The notes below the pieces were generated by a model, which was not told the origin of the DNA, did no database searches, and saw nothing but the letters and a program-made list of their open reading frames with translations. From Bacteriovoracia bacterium (GTDB lineage Bacteria > Bdellovibrionota > Bacteriovoracia > Bacteriovoracales > Bacteriovoracaceae), in assembly GCA_046570105.1 (NCBI GenBank), contig JBKHVI010000001.1, positions 64,001 to 128,000 of the forward strand: a DNA stretch of 64,000 nucleotides. Direction: 5' to 3'. Positions within the stretch are counted from its first letter, which is position 1, and each line of letters starts with the position of its first letter. Of the stretch, positions 18,255 through 29,476 are shown piece by piece. The translations under genes were made by a program, and so were the position numbers.

Positions 18255-19955
18255 TTACTTCAGCGAAGTACTATTTCCGTTCAAACCGAAATAGGTAAAG
18301 TAGTGCGGGTTTCGCCAGGAATAAAATAACCACTTCTCTTGGAAGAGACGGGCCACATATATTTTATTTTCCAGCTCAATGACTTGGTATTTCTCACCCA
18401 CAGGATCTGTGAATTGATAAAGGTACTGCCCCGCGCCCTTACTCCAAAGACTTCTTAATTTGTCCTGGGATTCCGCCAAAAGCCCCGGACGCTCGGGCAG
18501 TGAATGGTAGTTATCCCATACGCTCGCCATATTTATTCGGCCAGGCATAGAAGCTCGTGAGAAGTAGCGAAGGGCCTTAAACTCACTGCGAGGATTTCGC
18601 AAAAGCGCCAAGGCAATTTCTAAATTTTCGCGCTGAAGACGCAAACCCGTTTTGGAAAAATCAGGACAAAAAGCTTTCACCGCACCCGGCATATAATAAT
18701 AAGTGAATGAAAACTCACCACGTCGATAAAGCACATTCAACCAATGTTCATTTTGGATAGCTTTCTCAGAGAGCTCTTTACGCAATAATGGAAACATCTC
18801 TTGGGCCGGGTCGAGTTGACGATAAAACGGAACACCATGACGATTGACTACCACTTGAGCGACATCTAAACGCTCCAACGCTTCATGCGAATCTACATCG
18901 CCCACTTCATTATAAAGAATGGTCTCAATGCTATAGAGTGCTTTCATGGTGTCGTCCTGTTTCTTCCACCATAGCCAACTCAGCGTTTGTTTTGAAGCGA
19001 CCCACTCTTTTAGAAGCAGAGTCGCCTGATTTTTTTCACGAATATGAGCACGAGCTTTCTCTTTATTCTCTGGACGGACGAGATCTTGATAAAACTGTAA
19101 AGCGCGTGAGGTTCGTTCTTCCCATTCACCTAAGCGCGCAATCAGAGCTGGTTTGCCGCGCTCGAGTTCTTTCTTGATACGAGCCAGCACGAACTGAAGA
19201 TCGTATCGTAAGTCTTCGGCTAAAACCAACATCGGACGATCCATTTCAAGCTGGACTGTATCGATGGTTGTTCTCAACCACGAGTCACTGGATGTTTGAT
19301 CGGGATTATAAGCACCGTCTTCTAAGAGGCGACGATAGAAGAAAGCATAGTTGGCAATTTGCTGAGAAGTCGGCTCAGGTTGATCACGGAATTCATCATA
19401 GATCTTGCGATTTTTTAAATGATCAACAGGAAATGAGTAATTAGTCAGGAAGGGCGTGAGACGCACAAGCTTGGCCCACTCACCTTTTAACTTTTTTAGT
19501 TCGACGAGTGAATTCTCTCCGGCCTTCTTTCGATTCTTCTCACTACTATCTGTTTCCCAAGCTCTCTTATGTTGTAAGAGCACTTTCATTTTCTTTTCAA
19601 TATTTTCAAGTGTAACGAAACCAGGTAATTTCTTTTTTTGAATTAACCATTTTCGTTGTTCTTGAATCCACTTAAGTTTTTTTTCAATTTCAGGGATTAA
19701 CTTTTCGACCGTGACAAAATCAACATCACTCGAAAGCTCTGGAACCCAGTGACCTTGACCCCGGTAACGCTTAAGAAGCTTATTGAATTCTTCCTCAGTC
19801 CCATTAGGACAAATCTCTTTGGCATGCTCTCTATATAAAGCATGGTACTGAGCAAGTGTTTTCCCTTGTCGTGATGGCTCTAATGAAGAAGCACAAGACT
19901 GCAGTGAAAAACTTAACAGCGTTAAAAGAATTAAACTATTTGAGAGCTTGAACAA
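18255..19955 (-). CDS. Lipoprotein with C-terminal SleB/Hydrolase_2-like cell-wall hydrolase domain
   Basis: Lipobox SLQSC; ETILYNEVG, LDVAQVVVNR, VLYRRGEFSF, ALRYF match SleB motif order. Confidence 0.6.
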   Translation of the reverse strand: MFKLSNSLILLTLLSFSLQSCASSLEPSRQGKTLAQYHALYREHAKEICPNGTEEEFNKLLKRYRGQGHWVPELSSDVDFVTVEKLIPEIEKKLKWIQEQRKWLIQKKKLPGFVTLENIEKKMKVLLQHKRAWETDSSEKNRKKAGENSLVELKKLKGEWAKLVRLTPFLTNYSFPVDHLKNRKIYDEFRDQPEPTSQQIANYAFFYRRLLEDGAYNPDQTSSDSWLRTTIDTVQLEMDRPMLVLAEDLRYDLQFVLARIKKELERGKPALIARLGEWEERTSRALQFYQDLVRPENKEKARAHIREKNQATLLLKEWVASKQTLSWLWWKKQDDTMKALYSIETILYNEVGDVDSHEALERLDVAQVVVNRHGVPFYRQLDPAQEMFPLLRKELSEKAIQNEHWLNVLYRRGEFSFTYYYMPGAVKAFCPDFSKTGLRLQRENLEIALALLRNPRSEFKALRYFSRASMPGRINMASVWDNYHSLPERPGLLAESQDKLRSLWSKGAGQYLYQFTDPVGEKYQVIELENKIYVARLFQEKWLFYSWRNPHYFTYFGLNGNSTSLK

Positions 19956-21387
19956 AATCAGACTCCCATAAGCCTAAACAAGTACGGTTAGATAAAATAA
20001 CTAATACATCGCCGCTTTTTATGGTCGCATCGATGGCTGCACGTAGTGGTGCCAACGTTGAAACACAAGAAGCAGGTTTATGATGAAGTGATGATATTTC
20101 ACTGGCGAGCCTTACTCCATCGAGATCCTTACCACCCAAAGCCGTCGTAGCGATATCAGGTTTTGCGATAATCACTTCATCACTTGTAGCTAAACTGTCA
20201 CGAAACTCATCTTGAAAAATCGCTGAGCGAGCTGTTGCTGAGACAGGTTCGAAAACTGTAATAATACGTCGATTTTTAAAACGCGCCCGAATTGCATCAA
20301 GAGTGACAGTGATGGCACGAGGATGATGGGCAAAATCATCGATCACAGTGGCACCCTTATAAGTCCCACGCACTTCTTGACGACGTTTCACCATGCCTAA
20401 GTTCAGAACTGCTTTTTGTAGTTCTGCAATTTTAAATCCTTCCCCATGCAAGAACGCCAAACATGAAGTGATATTGAGAATATTATGTTGTCCGATTGCG
20501 GAAGTTTTAAACTTTGTTTTTTCACCATTGAGAATTAATGAAAACTCACTGCCATTCTCTTCCGTCACAATATCATAGGGGCCGATCGCAGCGCCCGGAC
20601 CATAACTCGTCCAAGACTTCGCCAGTGTTTTGCCTTGATACTCGTTCCACAACTTTTGCGAAGAGGGATACTCCAAGTTCATTATCACTTGGCCAGGAAG
20701 TTTCGGTAGGACATCACGGAACTCATCTTCAATCTTTTCAACACTCGAAAATATATCAGCATGATCAAATTCAAGCGAAGTTAAAATCATGTGCTTGAGT
20801 TCGTACAAACGAAACTTTGAAATTTTATGAAAATATCCTGAGTCGTATTCATCCCCTTCGATGGGAAAATATTTGCCAGTTCCAAGTCTCGCTGGATCAC
20901 GTCCATCAATAATTCCGCCGACGAGATAACCGGGTTTCTGTCCAAGAGACTCTAACATCTGAGTTAGAAAAAAAGTCGTAGTCGTCTTACCGTGTGTTCC
21001 ACAAATTCCAACGACCTGACGTTCTTTTAAAACGAGTGCACCAAGAGCAGCAGGAAAAGAAGTCAGAGGAACATCAAGTTGTTCAAGCATACGGGCCTGT
21101 TCTGATTTGCCCGACAAAGAATTTCCTACGACAATCAAATCGAATTTTTTTAGAAATTCTGGATTTGCTGTTTCAATTTTATGGAGAGGAATTCCTGTGC
21201 TCTCAAGATATGTCGACATAGGAGGATAGAAAGCGCTATCAGCACCTTCCACATCTAGTCCTGCCTCTTTCATTAAAACTGCAGCAGGGCCCATGCCGGC
21301 CCCACATATACGATAAAAGAATATTTTTTTAAAATCACGACGACGCTGGATGAGCTCGTCTTGCTTAATTAAATTGCGTAAGTCCAT
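19936..21387 (-). CDS. mpl: Murein peptide ligase Mpl (MurC-like)
   Basis: ICGAGM, YPPMS, GTHGKTTT, IEGDEYDSG, LEFDHADIF, DDFAHHP. Confidence 0.85.
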   Translation of the reverse strand: MDLRNLIKQDELIQRRRDFKKIFFYRICGAGMGPAAVLMKEAGLDVEGADSAFYPPMSTYLESTGIPLHKIETANPEFLKKFDLIVVGNSLSGKSEQARMLEQLDVPLTSFPAALGALVLKERQVVGICGTHGKTTTTFFLTQMLESLGQKPGYLVGGIIDGRDPARLGTGKYFPIEGDEYDSGYFHKISKFRLYELKHMILTSLEFDHADIFSSVEKIEDEFRDVLPKLPGQVIMNLEYPSSQKLWNEYQGKTLAKSWTSYGPGAAIGPYDIVTEENGSEFSLILNGEKTKFKTSAIGQHNILNITSCLAFLHGEGFKIAELQKAVLNLGMVKRRQEVRGTYKGATVIDDFAHHPRAITVTLDAIRARFKNRRIITVFEPVSATARSAIFQDEFRDSLATSDEVIIAKPDIATTALGGKDLDGVRLASEISSLHHKPASCVSTLAPLRAAIDATIKSGDVLVILSNRTCLGLWESDFVQALK

Positions 21388-21415
21388 GGTACAGATAACT
21401 CCTCAAAGTGAGGTT

Positions 21416-22201
21416 TTATTGTACCAGGCTCACTTGCAATAAGGCATCATTCTGCATTTCTGACAATCTTGCTCGGCAAATCATTTCAATACGAGCTTTG
21501 ACAGCATAAGCACTCACAAACGGAGAACTCTCCGTTGGAAGCCGTGTTCCACTTAAGTCAGTTGGGCACCAAGCAAATTTTGGGAAAAGCTTATCTGCAT
21601 CTCCCGCCACTACCAAACGAGCTGTATTGAGCATCGTCGAGTAACTCAAGCGTCTTTCTTGGTGCTCTTCGTTAACAATATCAAAAGTTGTTACGTAAGG
21701 AATTTGATCGAGTGGTATTTCACGCGCTTCCACCGGCCTGATATAGATACTCAAAACACGCCCTGGATACAGCTTTTGCAGCTCTTGAAACACTTCTGGA
21801 TCCTGGCCGACATCATCTCCAACCAAAACAACTTCTTCTTCTGGATAGCGATCCATAATCTGTGAAATGCTGCGAACTTTATACTTCAATTTCGATTCGA
21901 AAATATTGCGACGAAGAGTAAGAGTTTCGTAAGGCACTTCGTAATGCGCCAAAAGCTCTCTGATCTTTTTCTCTAATAAACTTGGTGAGGCAGTCACAAA
22001 ATGGAGTGTGGCTCCATCTTTTGCCCAGGCCTTGTAAAGTTCCGGCATTGCGGGAAAGACATCCTTAGTGAAAAGCCCACGCCAGGCCCCTTGGAGGGCA
22101 TCGCCTGAATTAGTGATTTTTATGGTGTCATCCACATCACTTATTACCATATAGGCTTGCGCCGAAGTGGTTAAAAAGAGGGTAAATAGCAAGCTCAGCA
22201 T
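21416..22201 (-). CDS. Secreted App1-family (DUF2183) phosphatidate phosphatase
   Basis: ISDVDDTIKIT and LVGDDVGQDPE motifs; signal peptide. Confidence 0.85.
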   Translation of the reverse strand: MLSLLFTLFLTTSAQAYMVISDVDDTIKITNSGDALQGAWRGLFTKDVFPAMPELYKAWAKDGATLHFVTASPSLLEKKIRELLAHYEVPYETLTLRRNIFESKLKYKVRSISQIMDRYPEEEVVLVGDDVGQDPEVFQELQKLYPGRVLSIYIRPVEAREIPLDQIPYVTTFDIVNEEHQERRLSYSTMLNTARLVVAGDADKLFPKFAWCPTDLSGTRLPTESSPFVSAYAVKARIEMICRARLSEMQNDALLQVSLVQ

Positions 22202-22321
22202 AAGAGACCTCTCATCCTTGAGGGTTTAAAGTGCTGTCATTTTTACATGTTGATGACGGTTTTTCTCCTCTCAAAACATGACGGCCATAGAATTTTATAA
22301 AATTCGCAATTCCGAGGTCAT

Positions 22322-22795
22322 ATGAAGGCTTTTACCCTAGTCGTTTTGTCGGTCATGTCTCTCAATTTGTGGGCATCACCTTGTCAGGTGAAACTGGTTT
22401 TGGAAGCCAGTGGTAAAAGCGTCATCAGCATCAATGAACTAGATAATGACGGAAGAATCGCTCGTGAAATTCTCACTGAAAATATCGAAGCTCTCATTGA
22501 AGGCACACGTGAAGCAGGCCTTGAACTGATTGAAGAAGATAATGAGCAGATTCTTCGTCTTAATTTAATTTCCAACCGCAAAAACGAAAAACTTAAGAGC
22601 ACTGGCATCGAAGTAGAATTTAATTATGAAAATAAATGGGGAACACGCAACTCAATCAAGTTCTCTCGTGAATCCTCATTACCATTCTTGGCGCAAATTG
22701 GTGTGACATCCGCCACTGTGGCTCAAAAAAATGAACTCAAAAAGCGAGTTTTTGAAGCTCTCTCTGAATTAAAGAGCTTCCCAGGATGTCGTTAA
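22322..22795 (+). CDS. Hypothetical secreted protein
   Basis: Signal peptide, SD GAGG, a Cys near each end. Confidence 0.7.
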   Translation: MKAFTLVVLSVMSLNLWASPCQVKLVLEASGKSVISINELDNDGRIAREILTENIEALIEGTREAGLELIEEDNEQILRLNLISNRKNEKLKSTGIEVEFNYENKWGTRNSIKFSRESSLPFLAQIGVTSATVAQKNELKKRVFEALSELKSFPGCR

Positions 22796-24363
22796 AACTG
22801 CTGACTACTTATCTTATCCCAATCTTCACGCCAGCGAAGAGGCGGAGTTGTTAGCCACTCCCCGTCTTTTGACCACGGAACTAAATGTTGCCAAGATTTG
22901 ATTTCAAAATCGGAAATACGCCTTCTTAAATGAGACGGATTTAAATCTCGATGAGAATGAAGGCCCATCGCTCCAATCATTTCTGCAACCGCTTTGAGTG
23001 TTTGTTCGTGGAAATTTTTGGCGCGTGATCTTTTGTCGGCCACCACTAACCCTTTTGTAAGTCTAGGATCTTGCGTGGCGATTCCTGTTGGACACTCATT
23101 GGTATTACAGCGAAGCGCTTGAATACAACCAAGTGAGAGTAAAAATGGACGAGCGGCATACATCACATCAACACCCAAACACATTAAACGAATAAGTCCG
23201 AATGCTGTCGTAAGTTTTCCAGAAGCAAATACGCTGATTTTGTCCTTTAGGCCAAATCCCTTAAGCGCATTCACTACAAATACCACGGCATCTACTCCGG
23301 GCATCCCAACTGAATTCGAAAACTCTAATGGCGCAGCCCCGGTTCCGCCCTCTCCACCATCCACTGATATATAATCAAGATAACTTTCTGTCTCGACCAT
23401 CGCCTTACAAAGGGCCAGGAACTCTTCTTCTCGTCCGACACACAACTTGACTCCAACCGGCTTGCCGCCGGACAAATCTCTTAAGCGTTGGGCAAATGCC
23501 AAAAGCTCACGAGGTGTTGAGAAAGCAGAATGACCCGGTGGTGAGATCACATCGGCACCAAGAGGAACGTTGCGGATTTTAGCAATTTCTGGATTTAGTT
23601 TTTCCTTAGGCAGAATCCCACCATGACCAGGCTTTGCCCCCTGACTCAACTTAATCTCGATCATTTTCACTCGGGTGTCAGTCGACTTTTCCGAGAAAAG
23701 TTTTTCATCAAACTGGCCTTTCTCATTTCGGCATCCAAAATAGCCTGTTCCAATTTGCCAAATGAGATCTCCCCCATTCTCTAGGTGCCAAGGAGAGAGA
23801 CCACCCTCTCCGGTGTTGTGAGCGAAACCACCATCTTTGGCACCACCATTCAATGCTTTTACGGCTTCTTTAGAAAGAGAGCCATAACTCATCGCTGAGA
23901 TATTAAAAATGGATGCATTGTAAGGCTGCTTACAAAGTGGCCCACCGACATTCACACGAAGCTTCTTGGGATCCATATGGTGAGGCCGCATAGAGTGACC
24001 GACAAACTCATAACCCTCGCGGTAAACGTCTTGTTGTGTACCAAAAGGAATCGTATCGGTAACTTTTTTAGCTCGTTGATAAACGACGGAACGATTCTCG
24101 CGATTGATGGGTGTTCCATCGGTATTACTTTCAATGAAGTATTGATTTATTTCGGGACGGATCATCTCAAACAAGTAGCGAAAGTTCCCCAAGACAGGAA
24201 AGTTACGACGAATGGCCTGTCGAGTCTGCAAGAGATCCAGCATTCCCAAAATAAAAATCGGCATAATGATAAGCAATGACCAAAGACCACTAGGCCAATA
24301 AAAAGCAAAAACTAGATTTAATAGAAAAGCGACAGCAGACGCTAAGATAAATAGATGACGCAT
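22792..24363 (-). CDS. FMN-binding glutamate synthase family protein
   Basis: SAMSYGSLS, NTGEGG, WQIGTGYFG, EIKLSQGAKPGHGG, DGGEGGTGAAP, CIQALRCNTNECP. Confidence 0.95.
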   Translation of the reverse strand: MRHLFILASAVAFLLNLVFAFYWPSGLWSLLIIMPIFILGMLDLLQTRQAIRRNFPVLGNFRYLFEMIRPEINQYFIESNTDGTPINRENRSVVYQRAKKVTDTIPFGTQQDVYREGYEFVGHSMRPHHMDPKKLRVNVGGPLCKQPYNASIFNISAMSYGSLSKEAVKALNGGAKDGGFAHNTGEGGLSPWHLENGGDLIWQIGTGYFGCRNEKGQFDEKLFSEKSTDTRVKMIEIKLSQGAKPGHGGILPKEKLNPEIAKIRNVPLGADVISPPGHSAFSTPRELLAFAQRLRDLSGGKPVGVKLCVGREEEFLALCKAMVETESYLDYISVDGGEGGTGAAPLEFSNSVGMPGVDAVVFVVNALKGFGLKDKISVFASGKLTTAFGLIRLMCLGVDVMYAARPFLLSLGCIQALRCNTNECPTGIATQDPRLTKGLVVADKRSRAKNFHEQTLKAVAEMIGAMGLHSHRDLNPSHLRRRISDFEIKSWQHLVPWSKDGEWLTTPPLRWREDWDKISSQQF

Positions 24364-24401
24364 AATATTCCTTGTTAGCTCTATTATAAACTAGCAATGA
24401 A

Positions 24402-25875
24402 TTATGTTGGGAACTTTAAATCAAACTTCATGGTTGGCGATTGATCATCTAAGCGAAGGGCTGCACCAATATTTTTAGCGAGATTCTGAGAAACCGATAA
24501 ACCTAATCCAGTTCCTTGCCCTGGAGGTTTCGTAGTAAAAAATGGCTGAAAAATTTTTGCCTGCAATGATGCTGCAATCATTGGCCCTGCATCAATCACA
24601 GAGTGTACGATCTGAACATTTTCTTTGATTAATACAACTTCTACCCAACGATCAGTTATATCAAGCAGAGAATCTACTGAGTTATTTAAAAGATTGAGAA
24701 GAATCTGAGAAATGTGCACTGGGTTAGTTGTTATTCTATAGCCAGTACTAGGTAGCTTGATTCTAATCTCGTTCTTATTTAAACGTCCCTGACATAGATT
24801 AATTGTATCCTTTATCACTTCCAATAAACTCGTTTCAGTCATCATCCGATTTGAAGATTCACGTGAAATATTTCGCATGCCTTGGACAATTGAAGCGATT
24901 CGATCGACCGTTAAACGAATCGAAGAAACTGTTTCACTAATTTCTCTGTGATCAAGTTCCTTATCTTGTAATAACAACTCGAGTACTTGTGTTTTACCCG
25001 AAATAATTGTCAGCGGATTATTAATCTCATGGGCGATCCCGGAAGCCATCTCACCTAGGGCCGTCATTTTAGCTGAAGGCTCTAGCGCGATGGCAGCTTC
25101 TGTTTGCTCTGTGATGTTCTCAGTGACCAATGCCACCGTCAGACTTTCGCCAAGGACGGATAGACCATCGAAGCCAGATACGGCTGCCATCATCTCGTTC
25201 AAAAAGATCACGATCACTTGAAAGTTCTTCACCTCTTAGAGCTCGTTGATGAATATCTTTCCAGCGTTGAGGGATATCTGAAAAAATTTCATAATGAGAT
25301 TTTCCGATAAACTCCTTATCTATGATTGAGAAATCTTTCAGCCATTTTTCACTCGCTGCTAAATATTTCATTTCTGTGTCGACCATCGCCGTAGCAGCTG
25401 GCATATCATTGATAAGGCGAAGAAGAAGTTTTTGGTCCTGCTCTGAAACGATACGGGCTTTCTCTGTTACATTTACATCTAAATGTGTCCCGGTAAAGCG
25501 CGTCGGTTTACCATTCTTATCTCGAGCAGAAATGGCACCGCGATCTAAAATATAAACCCAATCGCCATTGGTGTGCTTAAGGCGATGAATGTTTTCATAA
25601 TTAGGTGTTTCACCCTCTAGATAGCGCCTGATATCCTCATAAGCGCGGGCCTTGTCGTCGGGATGTACAAGAGCGTCCCAGGTGCTTAAACGCATTTCTG
25701 TTTTATGTTGATCAAGCCCCAGCATCTCACACCAACGACGGTCGAAGTGAACACTGTCTGTGGTAAGATCCCAATCCCAAATTCCAACACCAGCACCTTC
25801 AATGGCCAATTGAAGTCGCTCGGCAAGCTCCGTTGGATTAAGTTCATCAAGAAATGAGCTACGTTTTGAAGACAC
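24402..25875 (-). pseudogene. Frameshifted PAS/PAC sensor histidine kinase
   Basis: PAS_3/PAS ORF (25120-25875) stops at DGGIGH*; the PAC end (VTENITE) and HisKA/HATPase (GIAHEINNPL, FFTTK, GTGLGL) continue in another frame. Confidence 0.8.
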
Positions 25876-25928
25876 GGGTTATTTTAACCCGAACTGACTT
25901 ATGGAACTTCTGATTTTTATCAGATTAT

Positions 25929-26810
25929 CTAACCTGACCAAACTAGTGAGCCGATCGCTCGACGAAGTTCATTAAGGCCATCCTTGCGATACCAGCCATC
26001 ACGCGTAGCATTTGATAGTATGACGTGGCCCATCATTTTCTCAGCATCAATCCAAACAGAGGTTCCCGTGAAACCAAGATGGCCGAAAGTCTGAGTCGAA
26101 CAACCGACGCCGGCCAGAGTCTCTTGAGGATTTTCAACTCGATCCCAACCAAAAATAAACCGGTGCGGATGATTGGCCATACCTGTTTTAACGAGATTAA
26201 TGAATTTTGATTCTTCTTCTAGCTTGAGAAGGGCTCGGCACACACCAGCAACAGTCCCGAAAAGACCTGCATGGCCACACCACTCTTTGATCACCCAGGC
26301 GTTAGGATCATGCACATCACCCTGAATGACGTGATTGTTGCGCTCGCCGGTCGCAACACAAGCAGCATCACCGGGAAGATTGCGCCAGAAACACACTTCT
26401 TTATCCCAAATTTTTTTCAAAATTTCAGGCGTCGTCTTTTTGAATTTATTTTCAATTTCTAAATTGGCACGAATAGCAGAGTAATCAGAATAGAGAGTCG
26501 CAGCTTCTTTTGGGTGGTATGAATTTATAATCTCTTTCCATCCGGGATTGGGAAGTAATCCCCAAGCAGGGAGTCCTGCACGATGCTCAATCAAGAGTCT
26601 CATCTCAGGAGAAAACTCTTTTGGATGAAGTGCATACACAGATGCCATTCCCAAAACTTTCGTCACTGAAGCTAGATCAAAATAAGTATCAGTGTGCCCG
26701 CAAGTCGTGAAACTTTGTTTCTTAAAGTCGATAACTCCCACCGCAAGTGCATCAAAGTGCACTTGTTGTGGGAGCATCAGTTCAATCAAACGTTGAATTT
26801 CGGGCTTCAA
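25929..26810 (-). CDS. Serine hydrolase, beta-lactamase family (AmiE-like)
   Basis: FDLASVTK (SxxK), LYSD, VHDPNA, GHAGLF, FGHLGFTGT; probable TTG start overlapping the ppdK stop. Confidence 0.88.
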   Translation of the reverse strand: MKPEIQRLIELMLPQQVHFDALAVGVIDFKKQSFTTCGHTDTYFDLASVTKVLGMASVYALHPKEFSPEMRLLIEHRAGLPAWGLLPNPGWKEIINSYHPKEAATLYSDYSAIRANLEIENKFKKTTPEILKKIWDKEVCFWRNLPGDAACVATGERNNHVIQGDVHDPNAWVIKEWCGHAGLFGTVAGVCRALLKLEEESKFINLVKTGMANHPHRFIFGWDRVENPQETLAGVGCSTQTFGHLGFTGTSVWIDAEKMMGHVILSNATRDGWYRKDGLNELRRAIGSLVWSG

Positions 26811-29467
26811 GATTTCAGTGCTGCCTGAGCTGCTGCCAATCTTGCAATAGGAACTCGGAAAGGAGAGCAAGATACGTATTCAAGACCAATCTGATGACAG
26901 AATTCGACTGAGCTTGGTTCGCCACCATGCTCACCGCAAATTCCGGCATAAATGCTGCTGTTACCTTTTTTACCCTCTACTACGGCATGCTTCATAAGGA
27001 AGCCTACGCCATCGCGATCAATCGCCACAAATGGATCCTTTGGATAAATTCCACGGGCAGTATAGCTTGGCAAAAACTTACCAGCGTCATCGCGCGAAAG
27101 ACCGAAGGTCGTTTGTGTGAGATCGTTCGTACCAAATGAGAAAAAGTCAGCCTCCGTCGCAATCTCACGGGCCATGATACAGGCGCGAGGAAGCTCTAGC
27201 ATCGTTCCGACTTTGTACTTAACCTTGGTGCCTTTTTCTTTAAACACCAGTTCAATCTCGGCCATACATTCTTTCTTAATTGTAGCGTACTCACGCAATT
27301 CACTGGTGAGAGGAATCATGATCTCTGGAAGAGTTTTAATCCCTTGTTTCTCACACAAAATTGCAGCTTCAATGATCGCTCTCGCCTGCATCTGATAAAT
27401 CTCAGGATAAGTGATCGCTAAACGACAGCCGCGATGACCGAGCATTGGATTGAATTCGTGAAGAGCGTTGTTGCGCTCATGAATGCGCTTCTCTGAAACA
27501 CCTAAAACCTGCGCAAGCTCTCGCGCCTCATGCTCCTGGTGAGGCAAGAACTCATGAAGAGGTGGATCAAGTAAACGAATATTGGCCGGCAATCCATTGA
27601 GTGCTTTAAAAATACCTAAGAAGTCTTCACGCTGGAATGGCAGCAGCTTATCCAATGCTTTTTTTCTATCTTCTGTGGTTTCTGCAAAAATCATCTCACG
27701 AACTGCGAGAATGCGCTCAGGAGCAAAGAACATGTGTTCAGTACGACAAAGACCAATGCCTTCGGCACCAAACTCGAGGGCCACTTTGGTATCGTGAGGA
27801 GTGTCGGCGTTAGTACGAATTTTGAGACGACGAGTTTCATCGGCCCAGCCCATAAATTCAGCAAAGGCAGAAGAAATTTGTGCTTCGACTGTAGGGATCA
27901 ATCCTTCAAACACTTCACCGGTCGCACCATCAAACGTGATGAAATCACCCTCTTTAAAAGTTTTCCCTTTCACATTTAACGTTTTATTTTTTTCATCAAT
28001 AACAAGAGGAGTACAACCCGCGACACAAGGCTTGCCCATTCCGCGCGCCACCACTGCTGCGTGCGAAGTCATACCACCACGTGCAGTTAGGATTCCTGTA
28101 GCTGCCGCCATTCCGCCGATATCTTCTGGTGAAGTTTCAGTACGAAGTAGCACTACTTTTTTCCCGCCTTTCGCCCACTCTTCTGCATCTTTAGAGTGAA
28201 ATACGATATGGCCAGCTGCAGCTCCCGGAGATGCAGGCAATCCAGTTGCGAGCAACACCTTTGGAGCTTTAGGATCAAGGCGCGGATGCAAGAGCAAATT
28301 CAAATCATCAGGCGATACACGCAAAAGAGCATCTTTCTTAGTGATAAGCCCTTCATGAACTTGGTCAACTGCTACGCGCATTGCAGCCGCGACAGTGCGT
28401 TTGGCATTACGAGTTTGCAGAATATAGAAACGGCCACCTTCGATGGTGAACTCGATATCTTGCATATCGCGATAATGCTTTTCTAGCATCTGATAAGTTT
28501 GCACGAGTTCTGCATAGGCCTTAGGCATCGCCGACTCGAGAGTCTTGAACTGCTTATTTTGATCGTTGGTTGAAACGAGATTGATAGGCCATGGTGTACG
28601 AATTCCTGCCACCACGTCTTCACCTTGAGCATTAATCAAATACTCACCAAAGAATTTCTTATCGCCGGTACTTGGATCACGAGTGAAGCAAACACCCGTG
28701 GCACAGTCTTCACCAAGATTTCCAAAGACCATCGATTGAATATTGACCGCTGTTCCCCAGTCGTGAGGAATGTTGTTCATCTCGCGGTATTTCGTAGCAC
28801 GATTATTGTTCCATGAATTGAAGACCGCTGAGACAGCTCCCCACAATTGCTCCATCGGATCTTGGGGGAACTTCACACCGTGTTCTGAAAGAAGAACATC
28901 TTTGTAAACTTGTACGAGTTCTTGTAAATCGCCCGCTGTGAGCTTGGTGTCTTCATGAACACCGCGAGCTTCTTTTAAGTCTTCCAGTTGTGCTTCGAGT
29001 ACACTTCCGCGAATACCCAGGACAACGTTTGAATACATTTGAATAAAGCGACGATAAGCATCCCAAGCAAAACGAGGATTGCCCGTCTTCTTTGCCATTC
29101 CCAAAACTGTTTTGTCGTTGGTTCCAAGATTGAGAACAGTGTCCATCATCCCTGGCATAGAAGCGCGTGCGCCCGAACGAACTGAGAAGAGCAGAGGATT
29201 GGTTTCATCACCAAACTTCTTGCCAGTGAGACCTTCGACCCATTTGAGCGAGGCTTCGATTTGACCGCGAATTTCTGGTGAGATGGCCTTGTCGGTTTTG
29301 TAAAAATCAAGACATGCTTCTGTTGAAACAGTAAAACCTGGAGGGACAGGAAGCTTCAGCGCACACATCTCGGCGAGGTTAGCCCCCTTACCGCCTAGGA
29401 GTGCCTTCATGTCTTTGTTGCCCTCGGTTAACTCGGCCGAAAACTTATAGACCCATTGGTGTGCCAT
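26807..29467 (-). CDS. ppdK: Pyruvate, phosphate dikinase
   Basis: LLGGKGANLAEM, SMPGMMDT, GGMTSHAAVVARG, SFGTNDLTQ, GICGEHGG. Confidence 0.99.
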   Translation of the reverse strand: MAHQWVYKFSAELTEGNKDMKALLGGKGANLAEMCALKLPVPPGFTVSTEACLDFYKTDKAISPEIRGQIEASLKWVEGLTGKKFGDETNPLLFSVRSGARASMPGMMDTVLNLGTNDKTVLGMAKKTGNPRFAWDAYRRFIQMYSNVVLGIRGSVLEAQLEDLKEARGVHEDTKLTAGDLQELVQVYKDVLLSEHGVKFPQDPMEQLWGAVSAVFNSWNNNRATKYREMNNIPHDWGTAVNIQSMVFGNLGEDCATGVCFTRDPSTGDKKFFGEYLINAQGEDVVAGIRTPWPINLVSTNDQNKQFKTLESAMPKAYAELVQTYQMLEKHYRDMQDIEFTIEGGRFYILQTRNAKRTVAAAMRVAVDQVHEGLITKKDALLRVSPDDLNLLLHPRLDPKAPKVLLATGLPASPGAAAGHIVFHSKDAEEWAKGGKKVVLLRTETSPEDIGGMAAATGILTARGGMTSHAAVVARGMGKPCVAGCTPLVIDEKNKTLNVKGKTFKEGDFITFDGATGEVFEGLIPTVEAQISSAFAEFMGWADETRRLKIRTNADTPHDTKVALEFGAEGIGLCRTEHMFFAPERILAVREMIFAETTEDRKKALDKLLPFQREDFLGIFKALNGLPANIRLLDPPLHEFLPHQEHEARELAQVLGVSEKRIHERNNALHEFNPMLGHRGCRLAITYPEIYQMQARAIIEAAILCEKQGIKTLPEIMIPLTSELREYATIKKECMAEIELVFKEKGTKVKYKVGTMLELPRACIMAREIATEADFFSFGTNDLTQTTFGLSRDDAGKFLPSYTARGIYPKDPFVAIDRDGVGFLMKHAVVEGKKGNSSIYAGICGEHGGEPSSVEFCHQIGLEYVSCSPFRVPIARLAAAQAALKS

Positions 29468-29476
29468 GCTGACTCC

